A DNA stretch of 64,000 bases from Octopus sinensis (GCF_006345805.1 NC_042999.1:34162001-34226000); one strand, 5' to 3'. Counted from the first letter of the stretch, positions 41,175 through 54,643 are shown. Program-made: numbers and translations. Notes: generated by a model from the sequence alone, not told the origin.

Positions 41175-41374
41175 GTGTGTACCGTTAGCGATTTTTTTTC
41201 CTCCGTCTTCCCTTCTCTGGATCTTTCCTTTTCCTATGTTTCTGACGAAGAGCTCCGCTCAAAACGTAAAACCCTCCTTCTTCCCTTCCTTCCTGAGCGT
41301 CCAATAATACTATATTTGGTCCACGTCCTCGCGTTGTTGTGTTTTCTCTTGGTGTTTTCATGTTTGGATTAACT
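41175..41374 (+). mobile_element. Hammerhead family 1 short non-coding element ending in (TA)n
   Basis: Homologous to 60669-60814 (-) and 11471-11614 (-). Contains the hammerhead motif. Confidence 0.8.
41238..41272 (+). ncRNA. Minimal type I hammerhead ribozyme motif (G12 mutated to A in this copy)
   Basis: GTTT-CTGACGA-A-GAGC-tcc-GCTC-aAAA-CGTA-AAAC. Stem I is GTTT/AAAC, stem II is GAGC/GCTC, stem III is the palindrome ACGT, and the cleavage triplet is GUA. Confidence 0.65.
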
Positions 41375-41617
41375 ATATATATATATGTTTTTATAACCTA
41401 CTGTATGATGAGTATCCAACGGACGGTATGTGGGTGTTGATAACTTTCTAATGCGCATTGCTAGCAATTCTGTCATGCATTGCAACTGATGTATAGAATA
41501 TGATACTCTATGATTAACAACGTGAAAGACTCCGTATGGAAATATTTCTCAAAATTGTCTGAAAAAAATACAAATGCCAGACAATTTCAGGTAAAAATTA
41601 AAACAATATATCCTTAC

Positions 41618-41710
41618 ACGAACTGTTTCCATCTGTTCGTCGATCACTTCGTCAATTTGTGTAGTAGGTGATGATGAGAAACCGGATGCCCAATTAAATC
41701 TGCCACCCAT
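41618..41710 (-). CDS. Speculative first coding exon of an unidentified host gene (MGGRFNWASGFSSSPTTQIDEVIDEQMETVR)
   Basis: 31 codons from ATG to a phase-0 GTAAGG donor in non-repetitive, relatively CpG-rich sequence. No downstream exon found. Confidence 0.2.
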
Positions 41711-43047
41711 GTATACCGAAGGGGAGGTTTAAATTAGTAGAAGGCCAATCGAGGACACGAGGTATTTCGTCCGTCCTTATCGAAGTTCCGATAATTTTCC
41801 GCCTTCTATTGTTAATTTGTAGAAAATCCCTGCCGTCCGAAGAATGAAACACAGAATTTACCTTTGCTTCATTTGAATTCACCGCATTGCTAGTCCCAAC
41901 ACTGAAAGAAATTCTCATGGCGATATTTAACAAAATGATGACGGACAAGCGAAATATATTTTTAAAAAATCATTTTATTCATTTAATCCATATATACAAC
42001 GTAAAAAACCATATAGTCTGCGACTATTTTTGGTCAGTCTTTTTCTCACACACTGACGAAAATAATGCTCATAAATATATTACTTCCAAACATTCTTATA
42101 AAATCTATAATGAAAGCAAAAAGAGAAAAATGGAAAAAAAAACCAGCAAGAAGAAGGAGAAGAGTAATAAAAATAGCGGCAAATTTCCTAAAACATTCAG
42201 TCCATAAACGGTTAACTCTGCTGTAAAAGAATTTCGATTTGCTAAATTTTCTTGCTTCTACTACTTGAAGCTTCTTAGTTTTTGAAGTGTGTAAACTATT
42301 TTCCAAAAAACTTCTTCTACCAAAACAATCAATTCTGTTGTGTGTAAGGTGAATATATTATTTTCCTCATAAATATTGATGCATATGCAACCATTATAGC
42401 CTGGGGCGGTTAATCGGAAATATGAACTGGAATGATGTAACTTGTAGTATTTTATAAAGGGAGGTAACACAGGACGTTTTAGTTCTCTTGTATTGTAGGT
42501 AGCGGGAGGAGGTCAATTGTACTTTGGAACTTGAAATACTGGGAGGCAAGTGAATAAGTACAAATCACATGTCATGGAATCGGTAAATATATTCGGAGAT
42601 AGACATGTGCTCCTATTTGTGGGTGCCATCGACGCTAAGTCGACAGCGCATTCTCATTCCCGTCCTATGCGCTTCCTACTCCCCCTCACCTACCATCATT
42701 TCTCCCTTCCTTTCTAACCTTGGTGGTGGTGGTGATGGTGGTGGTGGTGAGTGGTGGTAGTGGTGGTGGCTTATGGCGATGGGGGGGTGTATTCATAATG
42801 AACTATATTTATAATGTTATTCTTCTACCTGTTCATTCCCACTTTACGCACTAGTTTACTAGAGGAAGGGGAGGGGATGGGATAGAGAGGAAGAGGGAGT
42901 GTGAGAATGTGTGGGGGGGGAAGATAGCCAGCCGGTACACTATACTGTCACTCATGTGGTTAGTGGAAATGAGAGATTAAGAAAAACAGAGAAAATTTAA
43001 AGATATGAAGAAGGGAATTACATGGTTAAAAAGTTTGTGGAAGTAGT

Positions 43048-43172
<125 letters not shown>

Positions 43173-43362
43173 ATATCAAGTGCTTAGCAGAGTGAAATTT
43201 CAAGAAAATATATTATTGTGACTGGAAGTGAAATAACTTAGCAAAATATAAATAAAAATCGAACTTATCCTTTCTTTTTGACATAGCTTCTCTTAACCTT
43301 TTCCGTTTTTCGGAATTCCTACGGGTCCCAGTAGTTGACTGTATGGTAAAGTCTTTCTTCTC

Positions 43363-43768
43363 AGCTACATGGTTCCAGATTCAATCCCACTACGTCGAAC
43401 CTTGAGCAAGTATCTTCTCGTATAGCCTCAGTACGACCAAAGACTTGTGAGTGGATTTCGTAGACGGAGACTGAAAAAAGCCTATCGTATAGTTGTGCGT
43501 GTGCTTTTTTTTTTCTGTGCATGTGTGAGTGTGTATATCTGTGTCTGTGTCTTTACCTGCATGTTTATCCCCGCTATCCCCGCTTGACAACCGGAGCTGG
43601 TCTGTTACATCCCCATAAATTAGCGGTTCGGCGAAGCAGACCGATACAATAAGTACTAGGCTTAAGAAATAAGTCCTGAGGACGATTCGTTCTACTAAAA
43701 CCCTTCAAGGCGGTGCTCCTGCATGGCCTCAGTCAAATGACTGAAACAAGTGAAAGAATAAAAGAATA
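43363..43768 (+). mobile_element. SINE family B, diverged copy
   Basis: Colinear with 54817-55222. Confidence 0.8.
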
Positions 43769-44444
43769 TCATGTGTGTGTGTTTATATCTGTGTATGTGT
43801 GTGTCATAGCGAGTGGAACCTCAGAAGGGATAAAATCCAAGTGAGGTGTATACCACCGCCTACTCTTCAGGCCGAGGATATCTTGATTAGATTAAAGCCT
43901 ACATTGCCACAAGGCGGTACATGTTGACGCAAGAGTGATGCATGATAAGGCGCAATTAGGAACAATCATCTGCGCATTCTGTTTGATATATTTTACAAGC
44001 TCACTGCTAACTGTCGATTTTATATGTATTATGCTACGCTACTCTGGAAACAAACACGGACTGTATGAACCATGTGAAACACGCAGGCAGCACAACAGTC
44101 AATTAGATAGCATAATGTTAGAATATTTTTAAACAAGTGCACCTGTATATTTGGAATGTTATTCAACTCAACAAATCTTTGTAATACAGGGACATCTTTA
44201 AACATATACCAGGGGAGAGCATTCGATTAAATTGAAATCAATATATGACTACCAATTTAACAGATCGAAGATGAAAGATAAAGGTGATTTCGATACGATT
44301 AGGACTCAAAGTTTAAAGTGTTGTATCCGTGTTTTGTTTGCGTATCTGCCATTCTACTACAACAGACATTTTACTGTACCATTCATATGAAACTATCTTT
44401 TACCTGGTGTAATAGAGAAGCAGTTTAATGGTCAATACTAATAA

Positions 44445-44662
44445 TATTCCTTTCTACTCTAGGCACAAGACCTGAGTTTTAGGGGGAGAAGATAGTCGAT
44501 TCCATAGACTCTAGTACTGAACTGGTATTTATTTTATCAGCCCCGAAAGAATAAAATGGAAAATCGACCTCGGCAGAATTTGAACTCAGAACGTAAAGAC
44601 AGACGAAATTATGCTAAGCATGTTGTCAGTCGTGTTACCGATTCTGTCAGCACATCACCTTC
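44445..44662 (-). mobile_element. SINE family A copy
   Basis: TCGACCTCGGCAGAATTTGAACTCAGAACGTAA matches the reverse complement of 4505-4540. Confidence 0.8.
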
Positions 44663-45609
44663 TCAATTATGATAATAATGTAACTGCAAGCGAAATAGGC
44701 CCTGTATACGATTTCGAAAAAGAAATCGATAAATAAAATATAAAAAGTAATGGAAGAATACAAATAAATCTCATTACAAAATAACCTAAACGAAGAAAGG
44801 CATGTAATGGAGCTGAATAATTAAAATTGTCGTGTTTGTACGGGTAACATTGAAATCTATCGTTTAATATACCATGGAGAAAATATGTAAATGCGTTAAC
44901 GATAGATACTGCTGGCACAAAAACATCCGAGGCGATGATGCTAAGCATAAAATTATCTATAAACTTATTGAAACAGTTTTAGCGTATATTCTTTTGATAT
45001 GATTGCAAAAAGCTGAGTTAGAGATTTCTTTTGAGTTAAATAACCGATAGAGCTGCTATTCAAATACGATAATGTGCACTAGAGCAATGTGAAAATATAC
45101 TGATATACGATGCGTTGAATATATTGTCGATAAAGCATATTAGACAAGGGAAAATGGACTACATATCGAAAGTAAACACTTCTCTGGTGTTACAACAAAA
45201 AGACATTAACAATATGAAGAACGAAACTACATTTTAGGAAGAAAACTGGAAAATATATGAAATGAATACTACAAACATCAAAACGTAACGTATATAACAT
45301 GAACTATTTAAGCATCCATAGAGAATTAAGTTGTATCGTAGTTATTATCTCGAACACAGTTTACCTTCACAAGCGATTAGATTAATGTGTTTCGGTAGAT
45401 TAATGTAAGATGTACTATTATTACTAAAACAAATAATCTTAGCTAAATTTTGTTCACTAAAACATCTACTAACCAACACATCGGATGCCGTAAGAACACA
45501 TGAGAGTTCACTCATACACGTCCTCAGCATTCACGCAAACACACACTCTCTTTCACACATATACACGCACGCACACGTATATACATAGATACATATGTGT
45601 GTGTGTGTG

Positions 45610-45641
<32 letters not shown>

Positions 45642-45782
45642 AGTGTATTTTCCCGTGTTAACAACTAACACGGAGAAATCGATAAATATTTACCAGGGTT
45701 GGAATAATATCAGTGAAATCTTCGAAGAATGTGTCGGAAGTAAAAGCATTTGAATTATACCTGCGTTAAATATATATATATA

Positions 45783-46706
45783 TAACTTAGAATAACTTAG
45801 AATAACTTAGAAAGGTTTTTGGCCAGTATTGGCCCAGGCCATGTCTAACTTAATAGCACCACCTGGCGAAGTCTTTCAGTTCAGGATTTGGGCACCAAGG
45901 CCCATTCGAGCAGAGAGTTATTGTTTGCGGAGACATATCCGGGTGTGGGTGGTTTGTCCGGTACTGTTTGAAGGAATTTGTCCAAAGACTTCTTGAATTT
46001 TGTGTGGTCAGTTTCTTTTTTGACGTGTCCTGGTGTAATGTTGAAGAGAGCGGGTCCAATTGAGGTGAAATAGTTGTGCCGTATTGTCGTTATGTGATGC
46101 GATTTAGATTTTTGTTGTGGACGGATGGCACGTGGTCCAAGCCTTGGATGCATTTTGAAGGTGATGCCAACATCATTCGGACAGTGCTGATGGAATATTT
46201 TCCACATCATACAGATAATGTAGCGTTCACCGCGTCGTTGGAGTGAATACAATTTCAGCTTCTCTAGTCTACCCCAGTAGTCAAGGTCTGACATGCCATC
46301 TATCTTTTTTGTGATTGACCTTTGGGGAGCTTCAATTCTCATAATATTTTGTTTTGTGTAGGGAAACCACAGTGGACAGCAGTATTCAAGGTGGGGTCGG
46401 GCAAAAGTGGAGAAGAGAAGGATAATAGCGTGGGAATCTCTCGATTGGAAGGTTCTGAGAATCCAGGAACACATTCTGCGGGACATGTCAACTTTGCTGC
46501 TTATATGTGTAGCCCAGCTTATGTTGTTGTCCACTGTTACTCCCAGGTCTCTGGTGTTGTTGGATGCCATGAGAATTTCTCCAGAAGGAAGAGAGTATGG
46601 GAGTTTCAGAGCGTCCTCCCTTCCAAAGTGGATCAGTTCGAATTTGTCTTCATTTAGCAACATGTTATTCTTTTCCGCCCATTGGACAACAGCCAGTAGA
46701 TCTGAC
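45783..46706 (-). mobile_element. 5'-truncated CR1-group LINE 3' end with uninterrupted ORF2 C-terminus, inserted in (TA)n
   Basis: Open frame 45881..46708 (WAEKNNMLLNEDKF, RDLGVTVD, RPHLEYCCPLW, YWGRLEKLKLYSLQRR, FKKSLDKFL). 3' tail (TTCTAAGTTA)x3. (TA)n on both sides. Confidence 0.9.
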
Positions 46707-46836
<130 letters not shown>

Positions 46837-46857
46837 TATATATATATAATATATATA

Positions 46858-46938
<81 letters not shown>

Positions 46939-47365
46939 TATGCATATACAGATATAGGTTTTGCAGTATAGTTAAGACACTATGTATTACATCCATATAT
47001 GTTTCTGGTTCAGTCACACAGCTTTGCAACTTGTATAAGTATCTTCTACTATATCACTGGGCTAACTACAATCTGCTTTGAGAAGGGTGTCTCATTTTCC
47101 TGAAAAGTGTTCGTGTCATAAACAATGTTGTGTTTAGATAACAGAATAACCTAAACGTTTAGATAAAACAGAGTCGCAGGCAAATGAATGTGAATTTAAA
47201 TACCATCTCCATGCAGGACAAGGACCATGGCGTCGAATGTGGCAATAAATACAATCCAGATCTAACTCGTATGAAGTTAGAACGATTACATAAACACACT
47301 TATACTTGAAACATATAGTTGCAGGACGCACAAAATGCAGATTATTAAATTATGAAATATATACA

Positions 47366-47537
47366 CTCTTTTACTCTTTTAGTTGTTTCAGTCATTTGAA
47401 TGCGGCCATGCTGGAGCACCGCCTTTTAGTCGAGCAAATCAACCCCAGGACTTATTTTTGTAAGCCTAGTACTTATTCTGTCGGTCTTTTTTTCCCACCG
47501 CTAAGTAACGGGGACGTGAACACACACACACATATAT

Positions 47538-47586
<49 letters not shown>

Positions 47587-47745
47587 CGACAGGCTTCTTT
47601 CAGTTTTCGTCTACCAAATCCACTCAGAAGGCTTATAGTAGAAGACACTTTCCCAAGGTGCCACGCAGTGGGACTGAACCCGGAACCGTGTGGTTGGTAA
47701 GCAAGCTACTTACCACACAGCCACTCCTGCACCTATATATATATA

Positions 47746-47790
<45 letters not shown>

Positions 47791-48225
47791 TATACTCTTT
47801 ACTCTTTACTCTTTTACTTGTTTCAGTCATTTGACTGCGGCCATGCAGGAGCACCTACTTTTAGTCGAGTAACTCGACACAGGACTTATTCTTTGTAAAC
47901 CTAGTACTTATTCTATAAGACTCTGTTGCTGAACCGCTAAGTTACGGGGACGTAAACACACCACCGTCGGTTGCCAAGCAATGGTGGGGGGACAAACACA
48001 GAGACACAAACACACACACACATACGTATATATATATATACATATAAATATATATATATATATACATATATACGACGGGCTTCTTCCAGTTTCCGTCTAC
48101 CAAATCCACTCACAAGGCTTTGGTCGGCCCGAGGCTATAGTAGAAGACACTTGCCCAAGGTGGGAATGAACCCGGAACCATGTGGTTGCTAAGCAAGCTA
48201 CTTACCACACAGCCACTCCTGCGCC
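47366..48225 (-). mobile_element. Two head-to-tail SINE family B copies separated by (TA)n
   Basis: 47366-47733 and 47795-48225 each match the reverse complement of 54817-55222. Confidence 0.9.
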
Positions 48226-48256
<31 letters not shown>

Positions 48257-48829
48257 TATATAATGTCTTACTTCGTCAGCTGCTCCATAAGGCCATAATT
48301 TACGTATTCATAGGTAATACGCGCACGATGTCATACGAGTGAGATAAGCAACAAGTCCATATGAAATTGTCAAATTAAATTAAGTTTCCTTTTTCAAGAG
48401 CACAGTGGTAAATTCGACTTGTTGTAGTTCTAAGTATAAACTTATCAAAAGAAAAGACGAATAAGCGTTGGATGAAGCGAATAGAAATAGTAGCACATAT
48501 TGGATAGTTAAGGTGCAAGACAAAGAGCAGGTGTGAAAACATAGATTAAAGTTAATAGCTGGTCGAAAGAAAATATAGACAGTGGTCAGTGATTCAAGCA
48601 CGCATTAAAATAATTGTTCTCAGACAATAAAACACATGATCTATTTCCGACACTACGAAAACAATACTTGAATAGGCAGTGATATTTAATATAAATGTGA
48701 CGGAGAAAATGTCAGGTATGTCACCGCTGGACATTTATCATTGACAGGCCCAAGCTAAGCCAAAATCACATGATCTGGCAGTTCATGAATTTTATCATTT
48801 CCAAATCAAACAAAAAAACAAAAATAATC

Positions 48830-49024
48830 CATTCTTTCATTGCAATTTTGTGGGGAGGGAGATATTTATACTGAAACAAGGGCTGAATTCGTACGTATTT
48901 TACCGGGACCTAAAAAATGGAAAAAAATAAGTCGACCACGGCGACGTTTGACTTCCCATGGTACGGAAGAAATACCGTTAAGCATTTTCTCTGACATGCT
49001 ACATACGTTGTGCTACCTCTCCGC
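48830..49024 (-). mobile_element. SINE family A, old copy
   Basis: AGTCGACCACGGCGACGTTTGAC..GAAATACCGTTAAGCATTT matches family A. Abuts (TAA)n. Confidence 0.6.
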
Positions 49025-49064
49025 AATAATAATAATAATAATGGTAATAATAATAATAATAATG

Positions 49065-49137
<73 letters not shown>

Positions 49138-49140
<3 letters not shown>

Positions 49141-49559
49141 ATACAGACCGAACCATCAAGGCCAATTACATACAGACCAAACCACCAAGGCCAATAAACC
49201 AGATATTGTTGTGAAAGACCAAAACAATAAAGTTTGCATATTGATCGACATGAGCATCCCTGTGATTATAATATCTCAGCGAAAGAGTTTGACAAGCTCA
49301 GAAAATATAAAGACCTACTCATTGAAATTGTGCAAAAGATAGTCTTCACTGGTACATCACACGTATTGAGAAGAGCATTGTCGATGTGAGAACTGTTGCT
49401 GCTCATGTATTTTAAATTTAACTTAAAAAAAAAAAAAATCAACGAACTATTGAGTTTGGTTTAATGGCCTACCAATGTATACTATGAGTTTCTTTGCCCT
49501 AGGAGTCGGGAAGACACTCGGCAAGAAATGGAAGCAAATTTGAAAGAAGAAAAAAAAAA

Positions 49560-49560
<1 letters not shown>
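49138..49560 (+). mobile_element. R4/Dong-type RLE 3' fragment (same subfamily as 54080-54577) in (TAA)n
   Basis: ANKPDIVVKDQNNKVCILIDMSIP..KEFDKLRKYKDLLIEI/VQKIVFTGTSHVLRRALSM*. Has a 29-bp duplication at the 5' junction and an internal deletion of about 120 bp. The 3' UTR is shared with the other copy. Confidence 0.85.
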
Positions 49561-49604
<44 letters not shown>

Positions 49605-49628
49605 ATAATAATAATAATAATGATAATA

Positions 49629-49703
<75 letters not shown>

Positions 49704-50718
49704 GTATTTAAGGAAGCTGACAAATACAAACAAGAAATCATACCACCTAATAAACACAAAGAAGAAGAAGATGATAAAGAAACAACAAAAGCTATAAAAC
49801 AAATGAAATCCAAACTAAAAATAGAACAGCAACGAGCCATGATAAAACGATGGCAAGAAAAACCCCTTCATGGTAAATACTGCACTAAACTAAACGCAAA
49901 AGAAATAGACAAAGAAAAATCCCAGCAATGGTTGAGAAGCTCAGGACTCAAAGCAGAAACAGAGGGATTTTTAATTGCAGCACAAGACCAAAGCCTCCCC
50001 ACCAGAAATTACCAAAAACATGTAATGAAAAGAAATATTACAAGTAACTGCAGAATATGTGGAGATGGACAAGAAACAATAAATCATATTATCTCTAGCT
50101 GCCCAGTCCTGGCTAAGAAGGAATATATTCACAGACATGACAGAGTTGGAACCTACATACATTGGAAGCTATGCCAACATTATGGAATAACAACAGAAAA
50201 AAGATGGTATAGGCACGCACCAGAAAAGGTCACAGAAAACGAGAAAGCAACCATACTCTGGGATATGCCGATACACACAGATAGAGAAATTAAGGCCAAC
50301 AGACCAGATATAGTTGTCAGAGATCATGAAGAAAAAAAATGCTTTCTAATTGATGTATCAATACCGGCAGATGACAACGTTTATCTAAAAGAAATGGAGA
50401 AACTCTCAAAATACAAAGACCTGGAAATAGAGGTAACTAGAATGTGGAACCTGAACACAGAAACAATTCCTATCATAGTAGGTGCATTAGGCATGATAAA
50501 AAAATATTCAGACAAATACATAACAAAAACACCAGGACTTACAAACACATATAACATACAGAAAATTGCACTACTAGGCACTGCACACATCCTACGCAGA
50601 ACACTTTCCATACAATAACCATCAGAGCATCACAACAATTCACAGCACATACCCAAGGCACACAGAGCTGCGCTCGGTAGTGAAGTGAAAGCACGCTATA
50701 AAAATAAAAATAAAACTA

Positions 50719-50721
<3 letters not shown>
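49704..50721 (+). mobile_element. Apparently young 5'-truncated R4/Dong-type element with intact CCHC knuckle and RLE, inside (TAA)n
   Basis: Frame is open from 49704 to 50618: PLHGKY, AAQDQSL, CRICGDGQETINHIISSC, RHD, NRPDIVV..LIDVSIP..EKLSKYKDL, GALG, ILRRTLS. Long (TAA)n on both sides. Confidence 0.92.
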
Positions 50722-50817
<96 letters not shown>

Positions 50818-50954
50818 TCAATAATAACAACAACAATTATAAACACACACCTATATATATATACCTACACATACACATATATATACACTATGTATATCAT
50901 ATTGTATTATATAATACTATATATATATCTTATACTGTATATTATATTATGTTA

Positions 50955-51500
50955 TGATTTTGGGACACTTTCCAACGAATAATGAACTTGACAGAACAAA
51001 AAGGTGGTACGAACATAAACTCGAAGGCAACATCGAAAATGATAATGCAATGATCGAATGGGATTTTATGACCCAGTGCGACCATGAGATAGGGGATAGG
51101 AAACCAGACACAGTGTTAATTAAGACTGCAAACTATGCTGGACCATAGACATAGAATGTCCGGCTGATAACAAGTTATGCGCTAATGAAGGAAGAAAATT
51201 CGCTACATATAACACGTTAGCTTTGGCGGTTAAGCAGTTGTGCGAATTATCGGAGCCCTGGGAACAGGGAGAAAAATTATAGGAGCCCTAGGAACAGGGA
51301 GTAAAATCTTGAGAATTACATAGAACAAAGTGGGGTTGCAATAAGGGTAGAGCACTTGCAGAAAATAGTACAACTTGGAACCGCTCGAATATCCCGGATG
51401 GAGCTCGAAAATTAAGAGGTATTACCTTAGTTCACTGGTAGTGAACAGCTTACACTGTATTACATCTCCAGAGTTAGAATCTCTGTAAAGACAATAAAAT
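50955..51500 (+). mobile_element. Old R4/Dong-type RLE fragment followed by (TAA)n
   Basis: KRWYEHKLEGNIENDNAMIEWDF..RKPDTV, IGALGT (present twice as a 30-bp duplication), LQKIVQLGTARI. Confidence 0.75.
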
Positions 51501-54079
51501 AATAATAATAATAATTTGATCAGTTAAGGAATCAGAATGTTAAAGAAAAAAGGGGGAGTACATTTCGTACAGATATGTCAATTTCCCTTTCATCTCTGCC
51601 CCTCCCCGTTGTTAAGTCATCATTGCTTTTCTGTCTCTTTCTTCTCTATCTGCTTTCTCTCATGAACGCGGCATATAATGCTTATGAAGACTTATTGCCT
51701 TTCATCTATTCAATCATCAATCTTATTTTCACCACCTGTACAATGATAATGTTAATAGATTTTTATTATTATCTATATAATCAGAATATTTTTGCACACA
51801 CTAATTTACGGATTTAGTTCATTCATTTTATATTCTTTTCAACTCTTAGACAATGGTATATTAATAGATTTTTATTATTATTTATATACCGAGGATATTT
51901 TTGCATACATAAATTTACGGATTTTATTTATTCGTTTTACCTTATTGTCGTTATTAGTAGATATACTTCCTTAAACGTTAATACTGCCCGGATCTCTTTT
52001 AATGACAAACCTAGTCAAGCAATCCTCTCGTTCCTAAGTTATATAAATGAATTACAAAAGCAATGTGCAATTCTAATTTAACATCCGTAAGATTGCAGAA
52101 ATGAAATTGAAATACTTCAAAGTGATCGTTCCCGATACGATCAACCTGAATTTCTCGCCCTCCATTCTCTCAATTTTTGCAAGTCTCGTCTGAAGTGGCA
52201 TATATTTGTTTCAGGAATAATAGCGCCTTTCTGTGTGCGTCACAAATAATTGTCAACCTTATATTCTCTTAAAATGATAGAACTTATTACTTGAACAAGA
52301 AGTAGCGAAATTTTAATTGGCTGAAATAATTGTGTGCCGAGTTATCGAGATGAAAGGTGTTCAAGAGCAGGAGATAGATTGAAATTAAATAATACCTATT
52401 TCTCATGAATATCCATATGGATTAATCGACTGACATTAGCGAATTAGTTTTGTAGCGAATTAGTTTCGTATGCACTATTCGTCATGATGATGATGATGAT
52501 GATGATGATGAAGTATCAAAGAATGAGCTTTCTTTGTGAATCATTGCTGATTCGTGGAAAATTTGTTGATGCTTCCCGTGGATTCTTTGGAAGGTAATTA
52601 TCTATATTTGAACAAACTGGATTACTGATGATCTAAGCAATAGATAGGCACAATGATAGTCGTACAGCTCTGGTGAAAGAAGGGTAAAAACTTAGCACTG
52701 CACACTTCATTGACATGTATTTGTTGTGATGACTTTACAACTGTCAAGTTGTTATTGATACGGTAATTAAAACTGTATATTTCATTCGTGGCAATATTCT
52801 CCATCATAGAATGCTCAATACTTTCTGATAAGAATTAGGAAGTGATTATTAAGTTCTGATTTGCTATAGTCTCTGCATTGGTATCACGCGACCGGGATTT
52901 TGTTATACAGTTATCATTATATCTAAAGAAATTGCATTTTCGTCCCAAAGCAAGACAAGAATTTCGTAAGAATATTTGAAAAGTGTGAATTTGGTTCATT
53001 CCCACGAATCTCCCATATTGGACTATTTAAATGATATAGTAGTGTTTGACTTACTTAGACCTGTTGAAAAGGCTTTCCTTTAAGAGTTTCTGAATTGAAA
53101 AACAATATAGAAAGAAAATATTTCCACAGTTCCACTGCTTGTGAAAGGGATAAGAGAATAATTGATTGGATATGATCCGTTGCTCACGGAACGAATTTGT
53201 AAACGTCTTCGGAGCTTCAAAAACCATGAGTGTTGCATATGTCAAAGAAAGGAGCTGACAACTGGATCTGCAAACAATATGTACCAGACTTCGATAAAAT
53301 CATAATTATTATTGTTAAGTGGTTGCCCATTAAGCCTGCAAAATCTTTTCCCTGACACTTTTCATGTAATCCTCATTACTAAACAGCTAACGACATTCCA
53401 GGAACGTGCTTCGTTAGCACTCGAATCAATAACTTTCTAATATGTCGCATATATGAAATAAGACCAGCACTCCAGGAGAATACAGTGGCATTTATAACAT
53501 GTTGCTCGCATTTGCAAATACAGAAGCAAACAGTAAAATAAGCAAGGGTAAATTATGTTTTTCGTTAATTTAGTGAAGCATATTTGTTAACGCTGCAAAG
53601 TTACAGACTTTCGTGAAGTTGGCTGTTGTTTATTTACAATTTCTACTGTAATAAAAAAATATATAAGATGAGACCTCAAATGAAACTGTGACTGCCTTTC
53701 AATGACATACCGGCGCACTATACTAATAAAAAGATGGGAAACACTGCTTAATTTGGTAAGGCAAATCGCAGTATATACCTGATATCTCTAGCTGCGAGAG
53801 CTCGAAGAAATCTCGAAGAAAGGTATGAACAATAATTACCTCCCACAAAACACTTTAATCATTCAGATTCTTGACCCCTTCAGTTTAATTCGAAACAGCA
53901 GAGGATATGGGTCCTGATAAAACAGCACCGACCATGATGTTAGGTTGTATATCCAACAGTTTGCAGTCGCTGCAGTTGAAACACGTGTAAGTTAGGTAAC
54001 AATCGTGCAACTGACTGTTGAATAAAATTATGGATGTAAAAAATCTCCGGTCTAATTATTATTATTATTATTATTATTA

Positions 54080-54577
54080 CATTTTTGCTTCCATTTCTTG
54101 CCGAGTGTCTTCCCGACTCCTAAGGCAAAGAAGCTCATAGTATACATTGGTAGGCTATTAAACCAAACTCAATAGTTCGTTCATTTTTTTTTTTTTTTTT
54201 TTAAAGCTATATTAAAATACATGAACAGCAACAGTTCTCACATCGACAATGCTCTTCTCAATACCTGTGATGTACCAGTTAAGACAATCTTTTGCACTTC
54301 TTGCAGGGATGGTAAGCCAGGGATCATTCTCATATAATTTTCGGTTCCCTTCTTGATCATTCCTAGTGCTCCTACGATCACTGGTATTGTAACCGCCTTG
54401 ACATGCCACATTTTCTCAATTTCAATGAGTAGGTCTTTATATTTTCTGAGCTTGTCAAACTCTTTCGCTGAGATATTATGATCACAGGGGATGCTCATGT
54501 TGATCAATAAGCAAACTTTATTGTTTTGGTCTTTCACAACAATATCTGGTTTATTGGCCTTGATGGTTCGGTCTGTA
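54080..54577 (-). mobile_element. R4/Dong-type RLE 3' fragment in (TAA)n on the element strand
   Basis: ORF 54238..54537 is RLE. (TTA)n lies on both sides on the + strand, so TAA is on the element strand. Confidence 0.88.
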
Positions 54578-54578
54578 A

Positions 54579-54643
<65 letters not shown>

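Noticed and set aside
49803-50618. Host protein-coding gene (also 45881..46708 and 8310..8903)
   Set aside because: The motifs are retrotransposon RLE, RT or APE domains. The first two are 5'-truncated within microsatellites and the third is part of a decayed LINE.
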